From the NCBI GenBank assembly GCA_029261895.1, contig JAJDAK010000013.1, positions 8,183 through 72,182 on the forward strand: a DNA stretch of 64,000 nucleotides, read 5' to 3'. A program made the translations under genes and the position numbers. Shown here piece by piece: positions 1 through 9,341 of this stretch; positions within the stretch are counted from its first letter, which is position 1, and each line of letters starts with the position of its first letter. The DNA comes from Deltaproteobacteria bacterium (GTDB lineage Bacteria; Myxococcota_A; UBA9160; SZUA-336). The notes under the pieces were generated by a model. It was not told where the DNA came from, searched no databases, and saw nothing but the letters and a program-made list of their open reading frames with translations.

Positions 1-318
1 AACGCGATTCAGAAGTCCTACACGAGCGCAATCCGCTTGTCTCACAGCGTTTGGATGGCACGGAACATCGGTGCCGCGGGCACCATCACGATGGAAGGCC
101 AGCCTATCGAAATGAACGCGAATGGCTGGCCTGCGCTCGACGCCGCGATTCCCGCGCAGGATACCGCGACCGAACTCTACGACATGCTGATGAACACGCC
201 GCTTCCGAGCGGCTGGACTCCCAGCCAAGACCTGGGTGCGGGCACCGCGGCGTACAACTACAGCAATCAAACGTTTGAGTATGACGCCAACACCGGCCTC
301 GTGACGACGCTACCGTAG
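1..318 (+). CDS. hypothetical protein, C-terminal fragment (5' end outside window)
   Basis: Frame 1 is open from base 1 to the stop at 316-318; track ORF 37..318 is its tail. Third codon positions are GC-rich, as in neighbouring genes. No family recognised. Confidence 0.35.
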   Translation, partial: NAIQKSYTSAIRLSHSVWMARNIGAAGTITMEGQPIEMNANGWPALDAAIPAQDTATELYDMLMNTPLPSGWTPSQDLGAGTAAYNYSNQTFEYDANTGLVTTLP

Positions 319-334
319 CGCAAGGGATGAAGAA

Positions 335-1237
335 ATGAGCCAAGAGAACATTCGAGGTTACGTGCGAAAACCTTGGTGGATCTACGCGATTGCAATCGGG
401 TATGCGTTGGTTCCCGCAGTTACGTTGGTGCAATTCGGTCATCAATTCGGCTTCAATTCAAACGTCCTCATCGGGGTTGCAAGTTCGAGCTATTTCATCA
501 CTGAAACGCTCGCCGCGCTTTCAGGAGCATGCGCGGTGTTGATCGTATCGCGTTGGACCTTTGCGTATTTTGTTGCGCTCAGCTTCTCGACGGTTTCGTT
601 ACGGATTTTCCAATACTCACAGGATCAATTGTTAGGCACGCCGGTCGACGGAATTCTGGCCGCATTTTGGTTGGTCGCCGGGGTGATCGCGCTCTCAAAG
701 GAGTTGCGTACGCCATATCTGAATCCCCGCGTTCGGTGGTGGTCACAACCCGAACGCGTCGACTTCATTTCACATAGCGCGCTTGAGTTCGCGGGGGTCC
801 ACTACCCGATTGTAACGCTGAACATGTCCACCGGCGGCGCGTTTATCAAACTCGATCAGCGACGCTTCTCAGAGTACTCGGACGGGGCAAGCGGCATGGA
901 GAGACGGAAGCGCGAACCGACGGGCGGCGTCATTCTCAGCGCCGATCAAATCGAGGAAGCCCACGCTCACCTCGATTCCTTTCCCAACCAATTGGGGGAT
1001 CCAGTCACGCTGCACATTCAACTTCTACCCGAGGCAGCGGAAATGTTCGACAGTCCGACCTGCGACGTTCGCGCCGAGGTCGCCTGGGCGGCCGCGCAGA
1101 ACTCGGACTATCGCTACGGGCTAGGCCTTCGCTTCGTCGATCAATCCCGCGAGGCGCGCGATCAGCTCGCGGCGTACCTAGAAAACTTGCAATCCAAAGG
1201 GTTTGAAACACGCACCTCGAAGCTTACGAAGCGGTAA
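335..1237 (+). CDS. membrane protein with C-terminal PilZ (c-di-GMP-binding) domain
   Basis: 300-aa ORF. The N-terminal ~130 aa are hydrophobic (WWIYAIAIGYALVPAVTLV, LSGACAVLIVS, ILAAFWLVAGVIAL). The C-terminal part has an Arg-rich PRVRWW..PER stretch, then LNMSTGGAFI (N-x-S-x-x-G) and YGLGLRFVD, which is the PilZ signature. Confidence 0.6.
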   Translation: MSQENIRGYVRKPWWIYAIAIGYALVPAVTLVQFGHQFGFNSNVLIGVASSSYFITETLAALSGACAVLIVSRWTFAYFVALSFSTVSLRIFQYSQDQLLGTPVDGILAAFWLVAGVIALSKELRTPYLNPRVRWWSQPERVDFISHSALEFAGVHYPIVTLNMSTGGAFIKLDQRRFSEYSDGASGMERRKREPTGGVILSADQIEEAHAHLDSFPNQLGDPVTLHIQLLPEAAEMFDSPTCDVRAEVAWAAAQNSDYRYGLGLRFVDQSREARDQLAAYLENLQSKGFETRTSKLTKR

Positions 1238-1246
1238 ACATCCCTT

Positions 1247-1717
1247 CTAGACCGGCGTCAAAATCACAACCGGAATATCGCGCGGCGAACGCGCCTGGTA
1301 GGCCGCATAGTCGGCATAAACTTGGACCAAGCGCGGCCAAAGTGATGCCTTCTCATCCTTATTCGCGGTACGTGCACGATACTTTCGAACGTCGCGCCCG
1401 ATCTGAACCTCGACATCGGGATTCGCATCGAGATTCAGGTACCAAGATGGGTGATTGGACGAGCCACCCTTAGACGCAACAAGCACAAGGTTCTCGCGAT
1501 CTTGCATGTAGATCAACGGGAATGTACGGGACTTCCCACTCTTGCGACCCGTCGTCGTAACCAACAGCACCGGTGCACCACCGACAAACTTACCGCCAAT
1601 CTTTCCACCGGAAAGCTTAAACACGAAGTTGTTGATGGGCGTCATCAGCCATGCGGAGACAAAATGTAGGATCGCCTCTTCATATGACTTGTAAGGTGAC
1701 GGCTTTGGGTCAGACAT
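1247..1717 (-). CDS. deazaflavin (F420H2)-dependent nitroreductase family oxidoreductase (DDN/DUF385 type)
   Basis: 156 aa. GAPVLLVTTTGRKSGKSRTFPLIY..LVLVASKGGSSNHPSWYLNL..NPDVEVQIG matches the conserved DDN-family core. Confidence 0.75.
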   Translation of the reverse strand: MSDPKPSPYKSYEEAILHFVSAWLMTPINNFVFKLSGGKIGGKFVGGAPVLLVTTTGRKSGKSRTFPLIYMQDRENLVLVASKGGSSNHPSWYLNLDANPDVEVQIGRDVRKYRARTANKDEKASLWPRLVQVYADYAAYQARSPRDIPVVILTPV

Positions 1718-1719
1718 CT

Positions 1720-2523
1720 CTACTCCTCTTCTGCGCGCTCGCGAAGATTTCGAAAATTAGGGGGACGTTTCTCTAGGAACGCTTTGATCGCTTCTATATT
1801 CGCAGGTGAACCCGCCTGTGCGACCATTCCCGCATCTTCTGCTGCGCGGGCGGCCTTGATGGCATCGCGATGCGGCGCCATCAACGTTTGCTTCGTGGCC
1901 CGAAGCGCAGAGACCGGATGTTTTGCGATCATCTTCGCTTTCTCCAGGGCAGCAGCAAGCAATTCGTCATCGGGGTAGACCCGCGCAGCGACTCCGACTT
2001 CGAGCGCGCGCTCCGCATCGATCCACTCGGCGGTATAAAACAGCTCCGCCGCACGTTGGCTTCCTATCGCGTGCGGCAACGTGTAGCTCGATGCGGCTTC
2101 CGGCACGAGCCCGAGACTGACGAACGGCAGCTTGAGTCGCACACTCTGACCCACGTAGACAATGTCACAGGCGAAGAGGAGCGTTGCGCCAATGCCCACA
2201 CCAATGCCTTTGGCCGCGGCAATCAACGGCTTATCCAAGCTAAACAGTGCGTCCATGGTGCTCTGATAACCCGCGCCCGGATCAACGTCGCTACCCTCCG
2301 CAAAAGCCGTAGAAAAATCTGACAGGTCCTGGCCCGCAGAAAAGTCCTGCCCCGCGCCGGTCACGACGACGGCTGCAACCGAATCATCTTCCCGCGCGGC
2401 GTTCAGCGCGTCACTAAACGCATTCCACTGACTCATGTTGAAGGCGTTTTTCTTTTCAGGACGGTTCAATGTCAGCAGAAGTACGCCGTCATCGAACTCT
2501 CGGATCACTGAATTCTCGCTCAT
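1720..2523 (-). CDS. enoyl-CoA hydratase/isomerase (crotonase) family protein
   Basis: 267 aa. LLTLNRPEKKNAF, VVVTGAG.DFSAGQDL and AAAKGIGVGIGATLLFACD are typical crotonase oxyanion-hole segments. A 3-nt gap to the downstream DDN gene suggests one operon. Confidence 0.85.
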   Translation of the reverse strand: MSENSVIREFDDGVLLLTLNRPEKKNAFNMSQWNAFSDALNAAREDDSVAAVVVTGAGQDFSAGQDLSDFSTAFAEGSDVDPGAGYQSTMDALFSLDKPLIAAAKGIGVGIGATLLFACDIVYVGQSVRLKLPFVSLGLVPEAASSYTLPHAIGSQRAAELFYTAEWIDAERALEVGVAARVYPDDELLAAALEKAKMIAKHPVSALRATKQTLMAPHRDAIKAARAAEDAGMVAQAGSPANIEAIKAFLEKRPPNFRNLRERAEEE

Positions 2524-2575
2524 ACCGCCACTCTATCATGTTGAAGCCCTGCACCAAATCGTTCTATAAGAACCC

Positions 2576-3778
2576 ATGCCACAAAGTTCGAACGATATTT
2601 ACGATCCGGATATCTATGCCGAGGGTGTGCCCCATGAGACCTTTCGGCGACTCCGCCAGGAATCACCCGTCTATTGGCAAGCACTCGAGGACGGGGGGTA
2701 TTGGGCATTGCTACGACACGCGGATGTACTGGCGGCGTCGAAAAATTGGGAAACCTTTTCGGCCGCACGCGGTGGCATCATCATTGAAGAGCAGACTCCC
2801 GAAATGCTTGAGAAGATGCGAACACAGCTTCTCAGCATGGACCCGCCCGAACATCTCCGCATGCGCCGGACCGTACTAGATGCTTTCACGCCGCGGCTGG
2901 TACAAGCGATGGAGCCCTTCTTGCGCAAACAGGCAATCCAAATCATGCAGATGGCACAGCAGAAACGGGATTGCGACTTCGTCAAAGATCTCGCGAACGA
3001 GCTGCCGCTACAGGTGATCGCCGAGATGATGGCCATCCCTGAGAGTGAACGCGCGCGCTTGGTCGAACTCGCCGACGGAATCATCGGCCGGGACGACCCC
3101 GACTTCGCACCCGTGTCAGACGCTACGGATCCGACGCTGGAGCTCGGGTTGCTGGGATTCGAACTTGCTCAACAGCGCAAAGCCGAGAAAGGCTCCGACT
3201 TAATCTCACTCTTACTGACCGCCGAATTCGAGGGTCACGCGTTAACAGAAGTCGAATTCGCTGCATTGTTCGTGCAGATCGCGGTCGCGGCCAACGAAAC
3301 TACGCGGACCTTACTCTCAGGCGGTTTATTGGCACTCATCGAACATCCCGAAGCGTTTCGACGCTTGCACGATGCACCCAAGCTCCTGCCTGTCGCCATC
3401 GAAGAAATGTTGCGCTGGGTCACGCCGGTCCACTATTTCCGGCGGACCGCGACTCGCGAAATTGAATTGCATGGGAAGACCATTCGTGAAGGGGATCGTG
3501 TCGCGCTGCTTTACACCTCGGCGAACTTCGATGAAACGGTTTTCGACCAGCCCGAGCGCTTCGACATCGCCCGGAACCCCAATCCCCATGTTTCGTTTGG
3601 CTTCGGCGAACACTTTTGCCTTGGCGCACGCTTGGCCCGCTTGGAGGTGCACGTATTCTTCGATGAGTTCTTCAAAGCGTTTGATTCGGTCGAGCTGACC
3701 GGCACCCCCAAGCGCCTACGCTCAAATATGACAAATAGTCTAAAATCCATGCCCATCCGACTCACAGCTCGGAACTAG
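2576..3778 (+). CDS. cytochrome P450
   Basis: 400 aa. It has the heme-binding loop FGFGEHFCLGARLARLE (FxxGxxxCxG), the EEMLRW (ExxR) motif and an I-helix AANETT. Confidence 0.9.
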   Translation: MPQSSNDIYDPDIYAEGVPHETFRRLRQESPVYWQALEDGGYWALLRHADVLAASKNWETFSAARGGIIIEEQTPEMLEKMRTQLLSMDPPEHLRMRRTVLDAFTPRLVQAMEPFLRKQAIQIMQMAQQKRDCDFVKDLANELPLQVIAEMMAIPESERARLVELADGIIGRDDPDFAPVSDATDPTLELGLLGFELAQQRKAEKGSDLISLLLTAEFEGHALTEVEFAALFVQIAVAANETTRTLLSGGLLALIEHPEAFRRLHDAPKLLPVAIEEMLRWVTPVHYFRRTATREIELHGKTIREGDRVALLYTSANFDETVFDQPERFDIARNPNPHVSFGFGEHFCLGARLARLEVHVFFDEFFKAFDSVELTGTPKRLRSNMTNSLKSMPIRLTARN

Positions 3779-3787
3779 GAGGACGCG

Positions 3788-4702
3788 ATGTCTCAGCAAT
3801 GGACGCCCGATCAGATTCCCAACCAAAGCGGCCGAACCATCGTTATCACCGGTGCGAACAGCGGCCTCGGCTTTGAAGCCGCGCGCATGCTCGGAGAACG
3901 CGGCGCTAAGATTATCCTCGCCTGCCGAAACGCGCAGAAAGCGGCGGATGCGGCTGCGAAGTGCGGCCCCAACGCGGAGGTCATCGCCCTGGACTTGGCC
4001 GATCTCGGGTCGGTACGAGGATTTGCGAAGACCTTTACAGATCGTCACGCGAAACTCGACATATTGATCAACAACGCCGGCGTGATGGCGCTGCCCCGAC
4101 GAGAAACCGCAGACGGTTTTGAAATGCAGTTCGGCACCAATCACCTGGGGCATTTCGCTTTGACCGGTCTACTGCTTCCCCATTTACTCCAGATTCAGGG
4201 CTCGCGCGTGGTGAATCTGAGTAGTACCGCGCATAAAGCGGGCCGTATGAACTTCGATGATCTACACGGCGAGCGTAGCTATTGGCGTTGGCCTGCATAC
4301 GGGCAAAGCAAACTCGCCAATTTACTCTTTACCTACGAACTGCAGCGGCGCCTCGAAGCCGCCAACCACAAGACTGTCGCTGCTGCCTGTCATCCCGGCT
4401 GGGCGGCGACAAATCTACAGTTCGAGGGCGCACGAATGGATGAGTCACCCTTCATGTCGAAGGCAGCAGGCTTGGCGAACCGGATCTTTTCACAGGACGC
4501 GATCATGGGCGCATTGCCAACGGTATACGCAGCGGTCGCACCTGAAATCAACGGTGGCGACTACATCGGGCCCGACGGCTTCCAAGAGATGAAAGGGCAT
4601 CCCAAGAAAGTGCGGTCGACCACGCGCTCGCATGATCTCGAGAGTGCGCAGCGGCTTTGGACCATCTCCGAGGAACAAACGGGCGTTCGATTCGGATTCT
4701 AA
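3788..4702 (+). CDS. short-chain dehydrogenase/reductase (retinol-dehydrogenase-like oxidoreductase)
   Basis: 304 aa. It has TGANSGLGFE (TGxxxGxG), NNAG and YGQSK (YxxxK). AGGAGG lies upstream, and the gene starts 10 nt after the P450 stop. Confidence 0.85.
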   Translation: MSQQWTPDQIPNQSGRTIVITGANSGLGFEAARMLGERGAKIILACRNAQKAADAAAKCGPNAEVIALDLADLGSVRGFAKTFTDRHAKLDILINNAGVMALPRRETADGFEMQFGTNHLGHFALTGLLLPHLLQIQGSRVVNLSSTAHKAGRMNFDDLHGERSYWRWPAYGQSKLANLLFTYELQRRLEAANHKTVAAACHPGWAATNLQFEGARMDESPFMSKAAGLANRIFSQDAIMGALPTVYAAVAPEINGGDYIGPDGFQEMKGHPKKVRSTTRSHDLESAQRLWTISEEQTGVRFGF

Positions 4703-6114
4703 ACCGTCCGCCTCAACGCATCGGCGACGTCGTCCATCACATCATCCCAATGACCGATTTGCGATTGCCTAAACAGCCGCATCGTCGGATACCAGGGCGA
4801 ATCATCTCGCGCCTGCAACCATCGCCAGTCGCAAGGACGCGGAAGCAGGATCCAAACCGGTTTTCCGAGTGCACCTGCGAGGTGCGCAACCCCGGTATCG
4901 GCGGTGATTACGAGGTCGAGTTGGTCAATCGCGCTTGCAGTCTTGTTGAAGTCCGTACATTCACGCGCTAGGTCTCCGAAACCTTCGGGTGCCGCTGCAC
5001 CGTATTGTAAACTATGCGCGCGCACACCTTTCACGTTGGCAATTTCGCTGAAGCATTCGGGTTTAAGGGATCGTGCGGCGTCATGCGGATGCTGCGAGCT
5101 TCCTGCCCAAACCACGCCAACATTCAGCAGCGAGGAATCGAGATCGTAGTGGACGTCATTCCCTGAGGTGAGGTAAGCGTCCTCGGACGGAATCGTCTCG
5201 AGCTTCGTGCCGAAGATTCGTGGCAGACTCAGCAGTGGTGCATGACAATCGTACGTCGGTAGTTTGCAACCGTAAGTGACGACGTCTTCACAAAAAGATT
5301 GACGCGATAACAACGTCACCAGCTCGGGTTGGCACTCTAGAACAACGCTTGCACCCTGCTCGGCAGCAAGCTTGGCATACCTTACAAACTGAAGAGTATC
5401 TCCCAGGCCCTGCTCGGCGTGGAGCAGCAACCGGCGACCCTTGATCGCCGAACCGTCCCACGCTGGCGCAGACAGGTTTCGTCTCAGGTGGGCGAACTCA
5501 GGATTGCGCCAGCGCCATTCATATTCACGCCAACCCAGTTCGAACTGACCCATGAGCAACAGCTGATGCGCCCGATTCGCGCGCGTGCGCGCATCATCAG
5601 GGCGAAGCTTTAACGCGGCGGTGTAGGCGTGGATCGCATCTTCAGGTCGATCCAGACGCTCGAGCACATACCCGCGTTGCGCCATCAGATCCGGCTGGTT
5701 TGGTTGTTCGGGCAAGTCAGAGAGTGCGGCCTCAAAATTCCCCATGCAGATATGTACCAGCCCCCGCGCAAAGCGTGCAGCCGCGGAACCAGGGGCGATT
5801 CGCAGCGCCTCCTCACAAGCTTGGAGCGCGGGTTCGAATCGGCCCAGCATGCGTAGACAGTTTCCCAGGTTGATTCGGTAGGCCGCGGCCTCGGGTCGCA
5901 GACGGATGGCGCGCCGAATCAGCTTAGCGGCACGTTCGTAGCGCCCTTGTTGGCCCTCTCGAAGCCCTTGCTGGTGCAAGGCCTCGGCACTCGCAAGTGC
6001 ATCACGATCGCCCGTACGCGCGGAATCGGGTTGCATCCTATGCAAACTATCGCTCGGCTCGCGGGCGACCATTGAGCCACCCGATAACGAACGCCCCCTA
6101 GGCGCAGTGCACAC
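4699..6114 (-). CDS. TPR-repeat protein with C-terminal glycosyltransferase family 9 (heptosyltransferase-like) domain
   Basis: 471 aa. The N-terminal half contains several 34-aa TPR-like units (A..L...G....A...Y..AL.L.P). The C-terminal half (GLGDTLQFVRY, ITADTGVAHLAGALGKPVWILL) resembles GT9. Start codon uncertain (alternative Met at residues 15 and 27). Confidence 0.6.
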   Translation of the reverse strand: MCTAPRGRSLSGGSMVAREPSDSLHRMQPDSARTGDRDALASAEALHQQGLREGQQGRYERAAKLIRRAIRLRPEAAAYRINLGNCLRMLGRFEPALQACEEALRIAPGSAAARFARGLVHICMGNFEAALSDLPEQPNQPDLMAQRGYVLERLDRPEDAIHAYTAALKLRPDDARTRANRAHQLLLMGQFELGWREYEWRWRNPEFAHLRRNLSAPAWDGSAIKGRRLLLHAEQGLGDTLQFVRYAKLAAEQGASVVLECQPELVTLLSRQSFCEDVVTYGCKLPTYDCHAPLLSLPRIFGTKLETIPSEDAYLTSGNDVHYDLDSSLLNVGVVWAGSSQHPHDAARSLKPECFSEIANVKGVRAHSLQYGAAAPEGFGDLARECTDFNKTASAIDQLDLVITADTGVAHLAGALGKPVWILLPRPCDWRWLQARDDSPWYPTMRLFRQSQIGHWDDVMDDVADALRRTV

Positions 6115-6184
6115 TAAGGGGCGTCAGAATCGCCATCTCGTTTCCCGCCCACGGTGAAGCACCGCGGCCGGGTTTACGACTGGG

Positions 6185-7264
6185 CTATTTCTCGGGGATC
6201 AGCTCCACGCGTCGATTACGCGCACGACCCTCACCCGTGTCATTCGAGGCGATCGGCTCGCTTTCGCCCTTTGCTTCGGTATTGAGTCGACCTGAATCGA
6301 TACCGCCACTTGAGAGGAAGTTCTCCACCGTGGTCGCACGACGCTCGGAGAGACCTTCGTTATAGGCATCTGTTCCCAACCCGTCAGTATGGCCTCGGAT
6401 GGTGATCTTCACATCCTCGCACTCCCCAAGTCGGCTTACGATCGCGCTCAAAGTCTGCTCCCCCGAGTCAGTCAGGTTCGCCTTGTCGAAATTGAACTCT
6501 ACCGCACGGAGTCGAACGGGCGTCGTGCAGGGATCAATCGCACCAACCGCAGGCAACGTACCTGGTATGGCCGCAACCAAAACATCTCGCGAAAAACCAT
6601 TCAGGTTGCTCGCGGACTGTAGATCCGCCGCGGTTCGAACCGAACCGCAAGAAGTTAGCTGGCTCAGGCCGGTCAAGAATGCCTTGCCCTCACCACCAGC
6701 AGCGGTGTGCACCGTATGGATGCAAATCCCGGCGGGGATACTCGCAACAAGTTCACGACCTGCTTGCATCGCTGTTGCCTCCGAGTCGGGTTGGCCGTCA
6801 GAGAACAATACCAACGCAGCCGGACCCTGACCATCAAGCGTGGCATGGGCTTCAGCCAAAACATCATTCAACGGTGTTCGCGGATGCGGAACTCCCAAGA
6901 GGTGAAGATTCTCAGCATCGCTCGCCAATGCGCCACGATCGAAGGTCGCAAGCGGCGTGGTTTTGCGATCATCACCACCGAACGCGATGGCTCCCGCGGA
7001 ATACGTTGCCGCGTTTTTGCTACGAACATTCGCTTCCGGCAGCGCGGAAATAAATTCCTGCGTAAGGGCCTTCGCTTCCGAAAAGCTTCGGCTGTCCTTC
7101 ATGCTTCCCGAGGCATCGGTCACGACCAATACCTGATCCACAACCCGGGCTTCGTTGCCCGAGAGCTGCAACGGGTCCACAGCGATCGGATCACGCGGCG
7201 GCGCGTACGACACACAGCCAATACCAAAGATTGCTACCAAGGCCACTACACTAAAAAGCTTCAT
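6185..7264 (-). CDS. lipoprotein with von Willebrand factor A domain and C-terminal OmpA-like peptidoglycan-binding domain
   Basis: 359 aa. It has a lipobox (FGIGC), a MIDAS-like VVTDASGSM, and an OmpA_C signature (NFDKANLT...GHTDGLGTDAYNEGLSERRA...RARNRRVEL). Confidence 0.8.
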   Translation of the reverse strand: MKLFSVVALVAIFGIGCVSYAPPRDPIAVDPLQLSGNEARVVDQVLVVTDASGSMKDSRSFSEAKALTQEFISALPEANVRSKNAATYSAGAIAFGGDDRKTTPLATFDRGALASDAENLHLLGVPHPRTPLNDVLAEAHATLDGQGPAALVLFSDGQPDSEATAMQAGRELVASIPAGICIHTVHTAAGGEGKAFLTGLSQLTSCGSVRTAADLQSASNLNGFSRDVLVAAIPGTLPAVGAIDPCTTPVRLRAVEFNFDKANLTDSGEQTLSAIVSRLGECEDVKITIRGHTDGLGTDAYNEGLSERRATTVENFLSSGGIDSGRLNTEAKGESEPIASNDTGEGRARNRRVELIPEK

Positions 7265-7400
7265 GAGTTCGAATCCCCCAAAAGTAATTCTGGCGAGATC
7301 GTCTCATGCCAGATCAGGTATGACCAGAGCTGTAGCTCAACGTTTTATCCAAGCTGTAATGAAGCCCAGCTAAAATCGTGAATCGGCTGATTTTACTGGG

Positions 7401-8522
7401 TTATTCGTCAGGATTGAGCCGTTCGAGCCGCTCGACCGCATCGAAATATCCCTGAACCAAGTCGTAGATGACTTCGCGCGACGAGCGTGTTTCGTTCATC
7501 TGGCCGACCACCTGGCCAATCGGGTTGAACGCGACTTTCTGCGCGGCCTTGGCGTAGTGGTGGGTGCGTCGAACCGCATCCATCGTCACCATGCCCTGCA
7601 GTGGCATACCCAGTGGCTCGGGTGTGTCTTCGCTTTCCCACGCTTCCGTCCAATCATTGCGAAGCATGCGGCAAGGCTTACCGGTCCAAGAACGCGACCG
7701 CACGGTATCTTCGCTGGTCGCAACAAAGTACGAATCCATTTGCTCCGGCGGGCACATCGACTCTTCCACGGTCAGCCAAATCGAACCCGTCCAGACGCCT
7801 TCCGCTCCCAGCGCCAACGCTGACGCAACTTGGCGACCTGAGCCAATCCCACCCGCCGCAAGCACCGGCGTCGGCGCAACCGCATCGATGATCTGTGGCC
7901 AAAGGACAAGGCTCCCGATCTCGCCGGTGTGTCCACCGCCCTCGGTACCTTGCGCGATAATAATATCGACGCCCGCTTCCTTATGACGCTTGGCTTGACG
8001 AACCTTGCCACAGAGCGCCGCGACCCATCTACCGTTGTCGTGAATGTTTTTAATCACTTCCGCGGGCGGGGTACCCAACGCGTTCGCGATCAACTTCACT
8101 TTCTCGTGTTTAAGCGCGACCTCCACCTGTGGTATCGCGGTCGCCTCAGTCCAGCCGAGAAGATCGAAATGCTCTTCATCCGCCGGGAGCTCGGGCACGC
8201 CGTGGTCTGCCAGAAGTTTCGACGCGAACTCGCGATGCTGCGCGGGAATCATCTCGCGCAATTTCTTTTCGAGCTCACCAGGATCGAGTTCGCCCATGCC
8301 TTCGTATTTGCCGGGGATGACGATGTCGACGCCGTAGGGTTTGTCACCGATGTGTTCATCAATCCACTTGCACTCGATTTCCAGTTGCTCGGGTGAAAAC
8401 CCAACCGCACCCAAGACGCCAAAGCCGCCCGCCTGACTCACCGCCACCACGGTGTCACGACAATGGGTAAACGCAAAAATCGGAAACTCGATGCCTAGTT
8501 TTTCGCAGAGCTCGGTACGCAT
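7401..8522 (-). CDS. nitronate monooxygenase (2-nitropropane dioxygenase family, FMN-dependent)
   Basis: 373 aa. FPIFAFTH, IIAQGTEGGGHTG and AAGGIGSGRQVASALALGAEGVW are typical NMO TIM-barrel motifs. Confidence 0.8.
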   Translation of the reverse strand: MRTELCEKLGIEFPIFAFTHCRDTVVAVSQAGGFGVLGAVGFSPEQLEIECKWIDEHIGDKPYGVDIVIPGKYEGMGELDPGELEKKLREMIPAQHREFASKLLADHGVPELPADEEHFDLLGWTEATAIPQVEVALKHEKVKLIANALGTPPAEVIKNIHDNGRWVAALCGKVRQAKRHKEAGVDIIIAQGTEGGGHTGEIGSLVLWPQIIDAVAPTPVLAAGGIGSGRQVASALALGAEGVWTGSIWLTVEESMCPPEQMDSYFVATSEDTVRSRSWTGKPCRMLRNDWTEAWESEDTPEPLGMPLQGMVTMDAVRRTHHYAKAAQKVAFNPIGQVVGQMNETRSSREVIYDLVQGYFDAVERLERLNPDE

Positions 8523-8588
8523 GGCCCCTCCTTAGTAGGGCGCAGTGTATCAAAGCGCTTGTATAAACCGTGAACACCATTTATTTAA

Positions 8589-9341
8589 GTGAACATGATT
8601 CACTCTCTAAGCGAAAGCGGCCGCATACGGCGACACCACGAAACCCGCCAGCGCATCATTGCCAGCGCACGCCAGCTTGTAGAAGCCGAGGGATTTCAGG
8701 CCCTTAGCATGCACCGCGTGGCCGCGGCCCTCGCTTACACGGTGGGTGCGCTGTACCGCTACTTCCCCAACAAAGATGCATTGATCCTCGCTCTGCTCGG
8801 GGAGGCCGCGGAAATCCTGCACGACGAGCTCGATGAAGCCCAAGGTAGGGTCCGGGCATATGCGCGCCGGCAACAAAGCTTTTCAGCTCATGACGAGGTA
8901 CTGCTGCAAATCCTGGTCGGCGCGGTGACGTACCGGGCGCTCCCCGAGCGCCGACCCGCAATGTTCGAAGCGTTGAGCATTCGCATCGCGGACCCTAAAG
9001 GCGTGCAGGGGGATGACGAAGTTCGAGCCATCACCCCCGCACTCGCGAAGCCAGTACAAGTATGGAGTCGCCACTTTGAACGCGCGGCAGAACTCGGCGT
9101 ACTTCAACCCGGCGACTCGGGCCATCGCACCGTCGCACTCTGGTCCGCGGTACATGGCACGATGTTGATGGAAAAATTTGCGGGTCTTGGCTTGGCGGCT
9201 TTTGATTCCAAACGCCTAGCCTCAAGCGTTTCGCAGACTCTGCTCGTTGGCTGGGGCGCCGATACGAAACAAGTGAAAGCGATGTCGGATCGTGCGGAGC
9301 GACTGATCCGTGCACGAACGACACGTGTGATCGCGAACTAA
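8589..9341 (+). CDS. TetR/AcrR family transcriptional regulator
   Basis: 250 aa. An N-terminal HTH (ETRQRIIASARQLVEAEGFQALSMHRVAAALAYTVGALYRYFPNKDALI) is present. Divergent from the NMO gene. GTG start at 8589, or ATG at 8595. Confidence 0.8.
   Translation: MNMIHSLSESGRIRRHHETRQRIIASARQLVEAEGFQALSMHRVAAALAYTVGALYRYFPNKDALILALLGEAAEILHDELDEAQGRVRAYARRQQSFSAHDEVLLQILVGAVTYRALPERRPAMFEALSIRIADPKGVQGDDEVRAITPALAKPVQVWSRHFERAAELGVLQPGDSGHRTVALWSAVHGTMLMEKFAGLGLAAFDSKRLASSVSQTLLVGWGADTKQVKAMSDRAERLIRARTTRVIAN

Noticed and set aside
7265-7281. GAGTTCGAATCCCCCAA looks like a tRNA T-arm; possible tRNA gene or fragment
   Set aside because: The 5' T-stem (ATGAG) cannot pair with CCCCC, there is no acceptor or anticodon arm, and the upstream part lies inside the VWA-OmpA coding sequence. 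It is kept only as a repeat observation.
6707-7381. 224-aa plus-strand ORF overlapping the VWA-OmpA gene and the intergenic region
   Set aside because: It is antisense to a CDS with clear lipobox, MIDAS and OmpA motifs, and its translation is Arg-rich with no motifs.
8543-8603. Direct repeats TGTATCAA/TGTATAAA and GTGAACA x2, plus the inverted GTGAA-N5-TTCAC, between the NMO and TetR genes as a TetR operator
   Set aside because: The repeats are short and imperfect in an AT-richer promoter region, and one copy overlaps the start codon. A real site is plausible but not supportable from sequence alone.
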